Shown here: positions 26,746 through 40,143 of the stretch, piece after piece
Layout of the letters: every line of letters starts with the position of its first letter
Position numbering within the stretch: the stretch's first letter is position 1
DNA from: Vicugna vicugna
Taxonomy: Eukaryota
Length of the DNA: 64,000 nucleotides
Reading direction: 5' to 3'
NCBI GenBank assembly: GCA_013265495.1
Contig: MU058337.1
Location: 5,436,716 to 5,500,715, forward strand
Translations under genes and position numbers: made by a program
Notes under the pieces: model-generated
Databases searched by the model: none
Seen by the model: only the letters and a program-made list of their open reading frames with translations
Told to the model about the DNA's origin: nothing

Positions 26746-27015
26746 ATTAAGGACAAGTGCAAGATGTCAAATATAGTTCCTTTGGGTGTACTTAATCTTT
26801 TTTCACTAATAACAATAATGGTAGCAATAATAATATTACTGGTAGTAATAATAATAATATCATATCTGAAGTATGATGTAACCCACACTCTATAGAAAGT
26901 CAAGAATAGATTGGGTCTATATCCATGGGTCCTTGAGCAGTTTTCTATATTGTTTTCCAAGGAGCAACAACAACAACTAAAAGAAAAAAAAAGAGAAGAA
27001 AAAAGAAATTAAAAA

Positions 27016-27359
27016 GACTTACTTCACTTTGTATGATAATCTCTAGGTCCATCCATGTTGCTGCAAATGGCATTCTTTCTTTCTTTTTTATGGCTGAGTA
27101 GTATTCCACCATATATATACCACATCTTCTTTATCCAGTCATCTCTCAGTGGACATTTGGGTTGCTTCTATGTCTTGGCTATTGTAAACAGTGCTGCACA
27201 AGGAACTACATTCAGTATCTTGTAATAACCTATAATGAAAAAGAATATATATATGTATATATATATATAAAACTGAATCCCTATGTGGTAGACCAGAAAC
27301 TAGCACAACATTGTAAATTGACTAAATTTCAATTAAAAAATAAAAAAAGAAAAGAAAAA
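27016..27359 (+). mobile_element. 5'-inverted (twin-primed) L1 insertion
   Basis: 27016-27198 antisense L1 joined directly to a sense L1 3' end with A tail. Confidence 0.8.
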
Positions 27360-27648
27360 CATTTACAGTCGCCTCAAGGCCAGTGTTTCAAACTGCCCTG
27401 CACAGCTTAAGGAGGAAGGGAAGTCTCCAGCCCCTGCCAGTGGCCTTGTGATCCTTCCGATCCCATCCTTGCCCCCCCGTAGGTCTAGCCTTTCTCTCTG
27501 GTCATTCATTCAGCAATTCATTCAGAATTATGTCTCAGAAGGGACAGGTCAGGGATGGATATTTATTAAGATTCTGGATTTGAGGTTAAGTGTTTTTAGT
27601 GGGGAGATCTGGTTGAGGTTGGACAGAATTCTTGATGTAAGGGTTTAG

Positions 27649-27745
27649 ATCATTTTGTAATGCATAAAAATATTAAATCATTATGTTGTACACCTGAAAC
27701 TAATATAATTTTGTATGTCAATTACACCTCAATTTAAAAAAAAAA
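27649..27745 (+). mobile_element. Short L1 (L1MA9-like) 3' tip
   Basis: tgttgtacacctgaaactaatata...tcaatttaaaaaaaaa; TSD-like aagggtttag / aagagtttag. Confidence 0.8.
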
Positions 27746-29429
27746 GAGTTTAGGACTCTTCAGGATATGCAAGTAACAAGTACCTGCGATCCACAGGTAA
27801 CCATTGCTGTTTGGGGGGGAGGGCAGGACAGAGGGTGGGAGACCAGGAACAGGTGACACACCCTCACCCGCCTACTGCTTTCAGTGCCCTTTCCACCCTC
27901 TCTGGCTCAACATTTCAGTCCCCAGGTTTTCAGATGGAGTTCCCACTTCTGTTTTTCACTTACCTTCTTGCTTTGGGATGGCTCTGAGAAGAGGGAGAAT
28001 AAAATGGTGACTTTCTGCTGCCATCTTCACTCCAGAAATCAATTCTATTCTATGCCTTTTGGATTTTTAACCATACAAGTAATTTTTAGAAACAGCATTT
28101 TGAAAACTGTTTAGGCTAGATGGACCTAGCTGGGCAGGGTCTTGGCCTGAGTCCTGATGAGTACCAGCTAATCCGAGGTGACTGGTTTGTCCAGTTGAGT
28201 GACCTGTGTTCTAGAGAGAGGGGCTGGTTCATTAGTCTGTAGTTCAGATGAATGGATTTTTGGAAAGTTCCCAAGGCTAGCAATGAAATTACTTACTGGT
28301 TAGGGCCTTAAATTATAAAATCCAAGGTTGCTGTTAAATTCAGTCTTGTTTGGACTTTGTCTGTACCGTTCAGCTCCACTAAAGAAAGCTTTCTTCAAAA
28401 GGCAGTGACCTTTACACCACATCAGATGAAATCAAAACAAATAGCAGTGTTCGTTCAAAAGCATCACTACCTCTGCTGAGATTTCTCTAATTCAGAGCCC
28501 TGAAATTAAGCAAAAATGCATTATCATTCCTGCTAGGCTGAATGCATAGAGAAATGTCAGAATAAAATAATTAACATTTTACATTATTTTAGAAAGTTCC
28601 ATTCTTTTGTGATTTGCCATCAGTATCTCATTAGCTAGAATGGAATCTTTATAACCTTTTTGAATGCTCAGTCTAGGATGATATTTGCGTTCTGATATTT
28701 GGATCTGTGACATAATTTTCCTTGCCACACACTTGTATTAATCATTTTTAAAGTCTAGGGAATAGCCTTCAGTTGAATGCTACTTACTATTTAAAAATTG
28801 AATATCTTTAATGACAGTGAGGTTCGTTTTTTCTCATCATATAAAGACAATTATTTTTATTGACTACAAATATTCACAACTTACAGACCACTTCAGTATA
28901 AATAATATCACTACACATTTATTAAGATAGAGGTTTTTAAATAACATTAGCTGGTTATTCTTCCTGAAAGAAAATGCTCCTAAGACATTCGTTTACTCAT
29001 TCAAGAAATAATCTTGCAGCATCTTCTAGATGCCAGGCAGCTCCCTAGATACTGGACACATAGGTTATTCCCCTAAGGAGCTCACAGTGTTTTCCCCTAG
29101 AAAACATTAATGACACTAGTTAGATGTAGGGACCTTCAGTATTATCTCTGGTTTTCTGAAGACAATTGTGATGAGAAGGATCGTACGTAACACAGTCATC
29201 GTTCCCGTATTGAGTGAAAAATCTTTTCACTTTAACAATTAAACTCATTTTTCACTTTAAAGTTCATTTACATTTCATTTGAAAGTGAATGTTTTCACTT
29301 TGACAATTAGAATCATTTCTCTAAAATATACCATAAAATTAAGCAAACTACAGTCTCAGTATTGGTGTTTCACAGCATAAATTATATTTTGTTTTGCCAT
29401 GAAATCACATGGAAAAGAATGAATGACTA

Positions 29430-29942
29430 ACATTTATCAAGATCCATGTATGGTTCTAAGCTGTTGTGTGTCTTATCTCACTTAATCTGCACAACACACC
29501 TGGCAGAAATACCGTTATTACCCCCGTGTTATCTAGATGACAAAACTGAGTCTTAGAGAGAGTAAGTCATTTTTTCCCGGAGATTACATACCACAGGAAA
29601 GACCTGGGGCGTCAGATCAGTCATCAGTGTCAGCTACAACATGACTTCCCAAATAGGCAGCCGGATTTAGTGTGCCTCACAACTGTGCAGCCAAGTGCTC
29701 CCAGTTACGGCAGGGTGGCTGTGTGCTGCGCACCGTGCTCCTTGGCATCCTCTCTCCCATTACGTCCCCACCGCAACCCTGAAACATAGGTCTTATGAGC
29801 TCTGTTTCAGAAATGAAGAAACTAAAGCTCAGGAAGGTTAGGTGACCAGCCTGAGGTCACCCTGTCAAGTGAGTCAAGGAGCCAGGAATCCAGCCCTGGT
29901 CAGTGTGACTGCGAACTCCAGGTACTAACTACCACTCCATGC
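29430..29942 (-). mobile_element. Two adjacent MIR elements (~29430-29610 and ~29715-29942)
   Basis: agatgacaaaactgagtcttagagag and agaaatgaagaaactaaagctcaggaaggttaggtgac, antisense MIR cores. Confidence 0.75.
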
Positions 29943-30689
29943 TTTTAAATCAGAGGATCCCCGTCCGCATCCCCTGTACTGACAAACGCTAAATCCCTTG
30001 TTTTTCCTACACTTCGGGCTGCTTCTCAGGGTCCACATACAGGTTTTGCGTGCTGCAGAGTTGCCAGGTCAAGGTGGCAATTGGAAGCTGAAATCCAGCC
30101 CCACTGTACATCTGAGGCACACCATCCTTGCCAAGCAGTGCTGCCTGGCATGGCCCAACACCCTTCAAGATGAAGGGACATCTTTTTCTAGTTTCTGCAA
30201 AGGTCCCGTATGAGCTACTGGTATCCTTGCTCTTTGAAGTTGAAATCTCTAGGACTTTAACTCTCTCAATGTTTCCTTTTCTCTCCACATCCTCCATGAA
30301 ACTTCCCATGTACAGGGGAACCAGCCAAGAGCAATCTTCCGGTAATAGAAGTATCTTCTTGGAAGATCTCCGACTGGATATTGGTTGCAAGTCAAACCCT
30401 AGGCCCTGATGAATCAATCAAGTCAGGCAGACTCATTTCTGGTCTGAAATCGTGTGACCTTCTTGACGCTGACCTACAGAGGAGGCCTCATTCCTGTCCA
30501 GGTCCACACAGTCGCATAGAATATGCCATGTCTGTGTAGCAGAAATGGAAAGAGGACAGGATTTGCAGCCTGCCACACTTGGGCTTCAGGTCCCCTGAGT
30601 AGCGGTGAGTCTTTGAGAAGACTCAGTTTCTCCATCTGCCAGGTAGGGCTATGAGCAACGTATGTCAGGTCCTCCTCAGCTCAGTAGCT

Positions 30690-30855
30690 GACCTGGGTTA
30701 GAATCCTGGCTCCACCACTTCACAGATGTTTGACTTTGGGCGTGTTGCTTAATGTCTCTGCAGCTTGGTTTTCTCATCTGTTAAATGGGGTCTATGAATG
30801 AACAGATGCTGTCTGACAGGAGCGGGTTAAACGAGTTAGTATCTGTACAGCTCTC
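30690..30855 (+). mobile_element. MIR SINE
   Basis: acctgggttagaatcctggctccaccactt...ttttctcatctgttaaatgggg. Confidence 0.75.
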
Positions 30856-33800
30856 CGTTGGTGGTTTTCCATCATCGCTAATAAGCCTGGGAGAGACGCA
30901 CACTTGCCCCTGAGAGGCAAGCAATTGACAGTCACCTTTCAAAGCAGGTCCTCACGGGCTCGGTGCAGGATCTCCATTGTTGCCCAGCTGAGACTAGATC
31001 TGAGGGGCATAAAATGCTTTTGATACATCAGTGTACTCTTTTTACACGTTGAGTTCAGAGTTCTCACTTCCCCAGATGGAAGCAGTCTATCTGCCGCAGC
31101 TTTATACTCAGTTAAGCTTGTGCTAGGCTGGCTGACATCTTCAGGGTATCATGAGATCATATGTTTAAATCATTTGCTGGATATTTATCGGTGGTTATAG
31201 CCCCGAACTAACAATATGGATGCACCAGCTGAGGTTGGCATCCCCTGTAGCTGACGGGAAGTCCTGGGCATGGAGAAGTATGATCTTTGTGATGCCTGAA
31301 CTGAGCTGTCTTGTTCTCCATTCTGCTCAGATGTGCCAGGAAAAAACAGTCCTAGCCCAGAAGTAGGAAGCCTGCATAGGCTTTGGCAGGAAGCCTAGTC
31401 AAACAGGTAGAGATGAGCATCTCGCAGGGACATCCAGCAAAGGGAGAGGCGAGGGGCAGTCCCAGGTGTCGGTGAAATTAAAACCGATTGGCTTGGCAGG
31501 TGGAAGAGTGATTGTGAGCAGCAGCTAAATCAAAGTGATTGGGTAAGAGGGGCTGGCGACCAGGGCGTGAGGAGCAGCTGGAACAGAACCGGCACCTGCC
31601 GTCATAGGCACCGCTAGCAGGACAGTGACCAGGTGGCTGAGACAAGTGTCGCATCGTCTTCTGCACAAGTTGTGATTCCTGCCTGGGGCCTTCTGTGTGC
31701 ACATCACGATGGCGTCCGTAACTCTGGGGTGGATGAGGGCTTAGCTGCCGGTGGTCCTTCAGGGGCTTAAGGAGAGTATTTCTCTTGGTCCTCTGGCCTT
31801 TTCAAGGGCCCTGCTTTCCCAGATCCCTCTCCAGGGTTCAGGATGGATGAATTGCCCTCCAGGCTCTCCTCTGGGACGTGAGCATCTGGGTCGTATTCCC
31901 CTGGAAGAGACCATGAGCCTGATGTTGAAGAAACTGGGGAGATGATGGGGTTTTCTAGAGGAAGGAATTCAGAGTAAATCCCAGTGATGCCCTCCAGAGG
32001 GCCACCTGTTCTGTGTGCACCTTGTTAGCTGTGTGACCGGGGAATCTGGGGAAAAGAGCCTCGTCATTCCTCCTCCATCCTTTTGTGTCTAGACCGGAGC
32101 TGCCAGCCCTCTGACACCAGCCAGTCTTTTACTTTCAGGTTTTATTTCAGCCTTTAAAATCGTTTCTTCCCCTCTCAGTTTGAAACATATCACTTAACAT
32201 TTGTGGTGGCGAAACCTCTATGATTTAATACTTTATTTTTTGAAAAATAGACAAAAACCTTAAGCTCAAGAGTCAAGAACTTTCCACAGGAATATTCAAA
32301 ATGAGGGGAGCCTTGGCCTCTTAACCTCTCTGCTTTCTCCCGCGGGGCAAGTACTCCCTGTCAAATTATTGTTTTGTGCGCCAGCCCAGCAATTCAGCGA
32401 TTTTGGATAAGGTCGTGTCAGTGGCCTGCCGCTCCACATTCTGAGCACGGCTAGTAAGGCACGCACAGCATCACCGAGAGGGCCTGAGCGCCGGACACGT
32501 CCCTGACCCGGGGCCAGACTCGCCCACACTCAGTGAGACGCACTCCCGCCTCCAGAGGGAGGGGGTGGGCCCGGAGCCACTGCGGACCAGAGGAAGGACG
32601 GACACGTCCCATCCAGGGCTGAGACTGGACCAGCCTCCTGACACAGTGACACATTTGGCTCATGCAGTTTATGCTACATTTGGAAAATTTTGCTTTTGTT
32701 ATAATAAAAAGTTCAGCCTTTGCAGTGTTATTGACAATTTTTTCTGAGTCCATAGCGAGGTTACTAAATTTGCACACCAGTGATCAGTGTGGGGTTTCAG
32801 ACATTTTATTTGCTGAATTTTAATAGATACAGTAACAGCACGGATTTCCCACAAATTCATTTTCTTTTTGACTTGTGGAACCTACATATGAGAAGATGTT
32901 AAGGCTCCTTTCGCTTCTCAGTCTCCAAGAGGTTCTGGTCCCCCGTGTGTTTACATGTCTACATATGAAAACACTTTCATCAAAAACACAAGATCAGAAT
33001 GAATGAATCCACTGTTGAAGAACTGCCCTCAGGACTGGGCTGACTCAAAGGGAGTGGGGTGCTCACTACGATAAAAATGCAGCCTTTTCCTCATCGCAGC
33101 AAGAGGAACCTTGCGAGGGCCTCACCCTTTAGCATCTCCACTTCAGAAGAGCTCACGGTGGAGGCAGGTAAGAGCCGCTTCTGGGAAATACTCGTCATGT
33201 GCCCTCTCACCCATAGTTCTACAGCCAGCATTTTACATAATTACCACCGAAGGACTCTCTTCCTGTTCTCTGTTGATGTGATTACATCACATTAGCCAAC
33301 ATCTGATAATACTTTACAAGGTAAAGCTCAAGATTTGAGGAAAATCCCTCAAATGTAATGTTCTGCAAAGTTACATCACCGTTCCTTTAGGTGGTAATTA
33401 CGTCTAATGCCAGATGGTATCGTGTAATCGAACTTTTCTGTAATGAATGAAAATAATTTGACGACTCACCGGCCTCTCTCTTCCATTACAGAACATACAG
33501 GCTTTTCCCACACCCTTGTTCTGGAACATTAAGAAAGAAGACATGGAGACAGAGAAGAAAGAAACCGAGGACCCCCTGCTACCGTTTCTATAAACAACTA
33601 GCGGTGTTTAAAGGCTAATAAAGCTCCAGAATCTCTCTTATAACCATAATCTTTGGGCCAATTTTAAAATATTTTAGATGGAGAAATGTCAAGAAAAATA
33701 GAGACAGTTTCGTTAAGACATGGTTCTTGCCCCTCGACCACCATAAAAGATTATATATATATATATAACATATATGTATATGGCTGTCATATAAGGGGCA

Positions 33801-35282
33801 ATTGAAATTCCACAGCACAAAGGCAATGCAGAGAAGAGGGAAAAAAAGGAGTCAATCTTTCATATTTTTTTTCAAAGGCTTGGCAAGAAACCAGGGGTAA
33901 TATTTTCGCAACTGGGAATGTGTGTTTGCTGAAGAATATTCCCACATTTGAATCATCATCAGGGGTCCTAGTCTTGTTTTACTTTCAAAGGTAGAGAGGG
34001 CATAACATTAACCCCAACTGGGAAAAGGAAAATGCCTGACTGTAATTCTCCTCCAGGGAGCAGGAATAAAGGGATTACATATGCCTGCATAATGGAGAAT
34101 TTCCTCACTCAGACAAGACAAAAGACTTCATTATTTTTCACCAGACACTTGAAGCCTTGTCCTTCTTAGTTCCAGAAGCCAAGCAGGCTGACCAAGCTTT
34201 TTATTTCAAGCCACTAGATGGAGTTTCTAAGAAACCGGCCTTCTCGGACCATTATGAAGAGATAAAGAGAAGATAGTGAAGACCTTCCTGCTACGACTCC
34301 CAGGGTCTGTCTCCAGAGACAAGCGAGACCATCTCTGAAGATGCCCTTGTGCGTCTTCGATACCTTAGCTTTGCCTTTTCTCTAGGCAGCAAATCAGTGA
34401 ACACCTTCTTCCTGGAAACCTATTTCTTTTATCCTTCTGTGACACCGAAAGGCATCCAAACCCTAATGAAAAGTTTAACGTGGCAAAATTCAACTGAATT
34501 GAACATTCAGGTACTTTTGCTTCTGATTAGATGTATTTCTGGGTGACTTTAACAGTGTGTGCATCTCATTTCTTACTGGTCAAATATTAGAAGTCTCAAA
34601 TTCCTGAAGTGTTTCAGCTTGGCAGTAGATTCCTGTAAGAAACGGTACCCAGAAATGATGTTCCCAGTGACAGATCAGATCTCCCGTTTAAGAAATGGAG
34701 TTCAGCTCAGTTCCATGCTGGCTTACAAGTTTCTAATAGCTTTTGCATAGAATATAGATAAAGATTTATAAATTTTCTACTCACGAGAAGTGACGTCTGG
34801 TTTTTGTTACCATCTCAGAGTCTCGTCTGTTCTAGGTGTACTGCCCATTTGTTGAGTGGCATAGTATTTCAACGTGAGATCGAACAGAGATTAACTTCCC
34901 CTTTAAAAACACATGCTGTTTGGTTTGTGATTATTTTCCATTGCTCCCAGAGCATGAAGCGATCAAAAGAGAAGTTAAGATACTTGATCTTTGCAGAATT
35001 TCAAGATTCATTCATTTAAAAAATGTTTATTGGGTGACTTCTGTGTCCAAGGTGAAGTAATCAGTGAGCAACCACAGTCTCTTAGAGCTCTTTGGGGCAT
35101 GGCGTGTGTGAGAAGCTGCAGGACCAAGGAGAGGACATGGAAAGTGGGGTCCCTGATGGTAAAAGAGGAGAGGGAGAGAGGAGGTTGGAGGCAGCCCTAC
35201 AGAACTTTGCAAGTCAAGCTGAGCTTTTGTCTTTCTCTGAAGAGTAGTAGGATGTTGAAGATTTTAAGACAGTAATGATGAC

Positions 35283-35780
35283 TGTCTTAGTTACCTAATG
35301 CTGTTACAAGTTACTCCAAAACATAGTGACCTCAGCCATGCATGGATTACCTCAGAGCTTCAGTCAGGAGTCTGGGCATAGCTTGGCTGGGTCTCTGGCT
35401 CCAAGTCTCTCACAAAGCTTCTGGCATTTTAACGTGAATGAAAGAATCCCCTTCCTGGCTCGCTCTCATGGTTAGGAACAAGATTTAGTGCTGTTTGATC
35501 AATGTGTCAGCCCCTTGCGAGCTGTTAGCAGGAGGGCACCCTCACTGTCCAGACAGCATCGCACAACATGGCAGCCTTCTCTGTCGAGGCAAGTAAGAGA
35601 GCAAGACAGTGAGAGACCGAGGAGGATGACGCGCCCAGTGTCTGGTCCCCGATTCCAGCCCTTTTACCTTCTACTTGTTAAAAGCAAGTCACTAAGCCCC
35701 GCCCACACTCGAGGGGCCACTCACGGGCATGGAAACCCGGAGGCAGGATCATTGGGGGCCGTTTGAGAGACACCTGCCAC
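35283..35780 (-). mobile_element. MaLR solo LTR (older MLT1 subfamily)
   Basis: tgtcttagttacctaatgctg...caggagtctgggcatagcttggctggg...aagcaagtcactaag...cctgccaca. Confidence 0.7.
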
Positions 35781-36021
35781 AGTGACATCACGGTCGTTCA
35801 CTTCAGAAATCACTTTGCTTGGGGTAATAATAAAATCTCTTTATGGAGACCGCTTCAGAGGCTGTGGCACTAGTCCAGAGAATACGTCCCTGTTGATCAG
35901 AGTCAGAACAGCGAAGACTCGCCTTCGAGCAGGAGCCTCTGTCAAACTGCTGTTCTGTCCTCCACCCTCTATTGAATGTTTCAACATCAACCGTGACCCA
36001 GGACAAGAAAGAAAAGACAAG

Positions 36022-36180
36022 CATCAAGGTCCTACTGTGTAGCCTAGGGACCTGTATTCACTATCTTGTAATAACCTATAATGGAAAAGAATATACGTGT
36101 GTGTGTGTAACTGAATCACTGCGCTGTGCACCAGAAACTAACACAACACTGTAAGTCAACTATGCTTCAATAAAAAAAAG
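36022..36180 (+). mobile_element. L1 3' end with TSD-like aagaaagaaaag flanks
   Basis: caaggtcctactgtgtagcctaggg...accagaaactaacacaacactgtaa...caataaaaaaa. Confidence 0.85.
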
Positions 36181-36189
36181 AAAGAAAAG

Positions 36190-36410
36190 TCAGTGATAGC
36201 AGCTAAAATTTAAATCCAGTGTCAATGTTTCCAAAACACTTGTACATTCATAATCCTGTGTGGCCCTTCCAGCTCCCCTCGAGCCTAGTAGCAGAGGTGT
36301 GACTATTCTGACGTTTACACATGGGGCACAGAGGCTCAGAGAACGCACTTCACTTGCCTGAGGTCCCACAGCTAGAAAAAGCTGAGGGCAAAGATGCGTG
36401 GCTCTAAACC
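36190..36410 (-). mobile_element. MIR SINE
   Basis: tttacacatggggcacagaggctcagagaa...acttgcctgaggtcccacagctag. Confidence 0.7.
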
Positions 36411-39360
36411 TTGTGTTTTCTCAAGTCATTGTCTCCATTAGGACTCCAGATAAAGGCAGAACTTTCTATCTGTTTCTCTGCTGCTGAGTGGGAAACTGCA
36501 CACCTCGTCAGGCTGGCTAGCCTGAACCTGAGACTGGTGGGCTATAGGTCCTGTGCCCCATTTCCCTCACCTTCGTCTGCTCTCCTCCCCACACCTTCCC
36601 TTTCACATATTCCTTCCATCCATCCGTCAGCCTGTTCGTGCTGGGAACTGCGCTTCTGAGCGGGGACTGAGTTTGAGTGATAAAATGGTCCCTGAAAAAC
36701 GTGCAGTCTAATCAGGAATGCAACTAATGAGGACGAAATCCTGTAAGCATTAAACCAGCTTGTGTAATGACATGCTGTGGGAGCACGGAGCATCAGACCG
36801 ACGCAATCTCCCAGCGCTCTCACGTAGGTGTGGTACTCACTCCTCACTTGACGTTACTTATCAGAACCCATTTATACCAAAGTTGGCAGTTGTATTACGC
36901 ATGTCAAACACGATTTGGTAGCTCATAGCTTGGGTTACAATAGATGCTTGTATGTAATAAAATTGCACTTCCTTTTAAAAAGGGTAAAGCAAACTTTTGC
37001 CAAACTCGCATGTGAACGCTGGCGCAACTATTAGCGAATACATGACCTCTTAGTAGACTCTGATTGTGCCAGAGTGAAGCGAATTTTCTACCAAGCTTAT
37101 TATGTTCTAAAATAGCAAAATACTTTACGTTTGTCACAGAATGTGATGAAGGCTTATGTACGAGGCTGTTTTATTTATGCAGTGGCATTCTCACTGTACC
37201 TGCGTCAAGGTCCAGGCATGCTCAGGGCGGAAGTATTATTAATGCAGCTTCTTTCCCACGCCCTTGCTCCCAGCATCCCCCCTCCCACCCCGGATCCACA
37301 TCCTTCCATCTGAGCTTCTTCCTTCATCCATAGGGAACTCATTTTTGGCAACTAGTCTCCTTGTGTAATATAATTAGATTTTTCTCATATGTTTTCTCTT
37401 AGATGGATTTATGTATCTGTAGAAAAGCTGTTTTTTTCTGTATCATTACCTGTTTTTATGTTGGGGAACGGAAAATTATAGACAAATAGCTAGTTGTTAA
37501 CTATAATGGATACCTTGCCTAGGAGAAATGTTTGCTTTTTAATTTTAGTACGATCTCACCACTGTGCTTAGAAGGAGGGGAAGTAAACCTTTAGGAGCCT
37601 TCAAATGAACTGCCTTTCATGTCTCCCTCCAACAAAAATTGCCTTCACCCAATTTGCTAGATGAATGTGGTCCTGAGTTTTCAGCTAAGAAACCCTAGCA
37701 TTTCCCTCTAGAGTTTCCTAGTCCAAAATCCAAAGGGTCTATTAACACCGAGGCAAGATGGCTCCAGTTGCCTGATTTCCCTTCGCTCAGATCAAGAGGG
37801 TACCTTGTAGCCCCGGGGTAGGAGGAGGAGGGTCAGAGAAGGCTCTGGCAGAGGCCTCTCACTGAGGAAGGGGTTGAAGATTAATCCTGACTGTTTATAC
37901 AAATGACAGGCATCTGTATATCTATTCCCGAATAACACCATTCTCCAAATAGTTTTTTTCAGAATGCTTTTATGATTTTCAATCCTTTGTCCAAAAAATA
38001 ATTCTTAATATGCACAATATGAAGTCATCCTGTATCTTTGTCCACTCAGCCTCACTTACAGTCTCATTTTCCTATTCAATGCCGTTCCAGTCCCGGAAGT
38101 AAGCACAATCTCTGGGTATCACTGTCATGAATCCTTGTTGCTCAAAAAAGTTTTGACTTGGATTTTATCTCGGAACGATCCATGCTGCTTATTAAATAAA
38201 GAAGAGTGATTTGGGGACATTATTTCCTGTAGTGCATTTATGTTTGTTGAATGCATATGATTTCTCATAGATCATCATCATTACCTTCATTGACATCAAA
38301 AGCATTTTTAAGTACTTGAATAATTACATATATAGTATCAGAAGAGCTGCTGTAGACTAAACGGACATAGATCTTTTCCCCGAAGATCTTAAGTCTGAGA
38401 CAGACGGTAATCTTAGAGCTCAAAGCCAATCGCAAAGTGCACATTAGGAACCATAAATAGGAAGTGTCATGGAAAGCAGTGACAGAAGGTCATGGGTTCC
38501 GGCATTGAACACATATGGTGTCATAAGATTTGCATATTGTAAAATCTTTGTATTTTAAATATGAGTTTTCTTCAAGATCAAGGCCTTTTCCTCACTTTAT
38601 TGATGATGAAACTGAGCCCCAAGATCACTCAACTCGTTCGTGACAGTGCCGCCTCTGGAACACAGGTCTCTTAACCCCTGAATTATTTTCTTTCCACTTG
38701 ACTGTGACATCGAGGGAATTCCTGTCATTTCCAGTTGGAGGGAGCTCTCCGGAGAAGAGATGCCGTTTTTCTCTCCGAATCATTCACACTGCAGGTGTTG
38801 AGTCTCCCAGTTGCCTTCACTCGTTAGCAAATCTGAAATTAACACAAGCCCAGTTTAAAGAGAACATGTTTTAAAAAGTCTTCAGAGTTTTGTGACTATA
38901 GAGATAGTGGCAGCTGGTTGCCTGTAAGCCACAGGCTTTGGGCTGACATTTCTGTGGGTATTAATTCCAGCTTTAGTTACTTTTCCATTAAGTTTTGCCT
39001 CTAACTTTATGCTTTCCTATTTTCCTAGCATTCTGCAAAATCTCCTTGGAATATATATTCCATCAGCCTGAGAGCCTGGGTGGACAAGTCCTTCCCTAAG
39101 GGCTTTATTAGAAACCTCCCCATCTAAATTGAAAACCAACATCACAGTCACCTGTGGTAGGGCTGGCCCTGCCACTTACAGAATCCGGACACAGGCTCTC
39201 CTGGCTGGGGGTGGGGGATGGAATATGGACACGTGGTGGGGGGCGGGGCGGTGAGTGTTTTCTATTTATTTTTCCAGCGCCTTTCATAGCAGACAGTTCT
39301 GTTTTTAAAGTGTTTTTGACACAGAGCCAAAAGCTCATTTACCTTTAATGACACAAGTGA

Positions 39361-39603
<243 letters not shown>

Positions 39604-39780
39604 TAAATGCACCGGGAGACAAGGCGGCGGAGGAACCGTGGAAAGGGCTTGTACAGGAGGCGTCCGCCGTGCACAGCCCTAGTCAGCAGACGGGCACCGA
39701 GAAGAGCCGAGTTCTAGTTGCTGATGGCTACAGTAATGAAACTCACGATCAGATTCAAAGAATCAAAAAAAAAAAACTTT

Positions 39781-40143
39781 CAAAAGAAAACAAATGAACG
39801 TATATAACAAAACAGAAACAGACTTACAGATACAAAGAACAAAGTGGTTATCAGGAGGGAGAGGGAAGTGGGGAGGGGCAGGATAGGGGTAGGGGATTAA
39901 GAGACACAAGCTACTGTATAAAATAAATAAGCTACGAGGATGTACTTAATGTACAGCACAAGGAAATACAGTCATTATATTGTAACAATTTTAAATGGAG
40001 TATAATCTGTAAAAATAGTGAATTACTACGTTGTACACCTGAAACTAATATAATATTATATATCAACTATACTTCAATTAGAAAAAAAAAGTTTTGATTT
40101 TTTGAAAAAATAAGACTTCTAATGACAAAAAAAAAAAAAAAAA
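39781..40143 (+). mobile_element. L1 3' end between exons ~19 and ~20
   Basis: acagaaacagacttacagata...gttgtacacctgaaactaata...ctatacttcaatt; A-run+cttt on both flanks. Confidence 0.85.
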
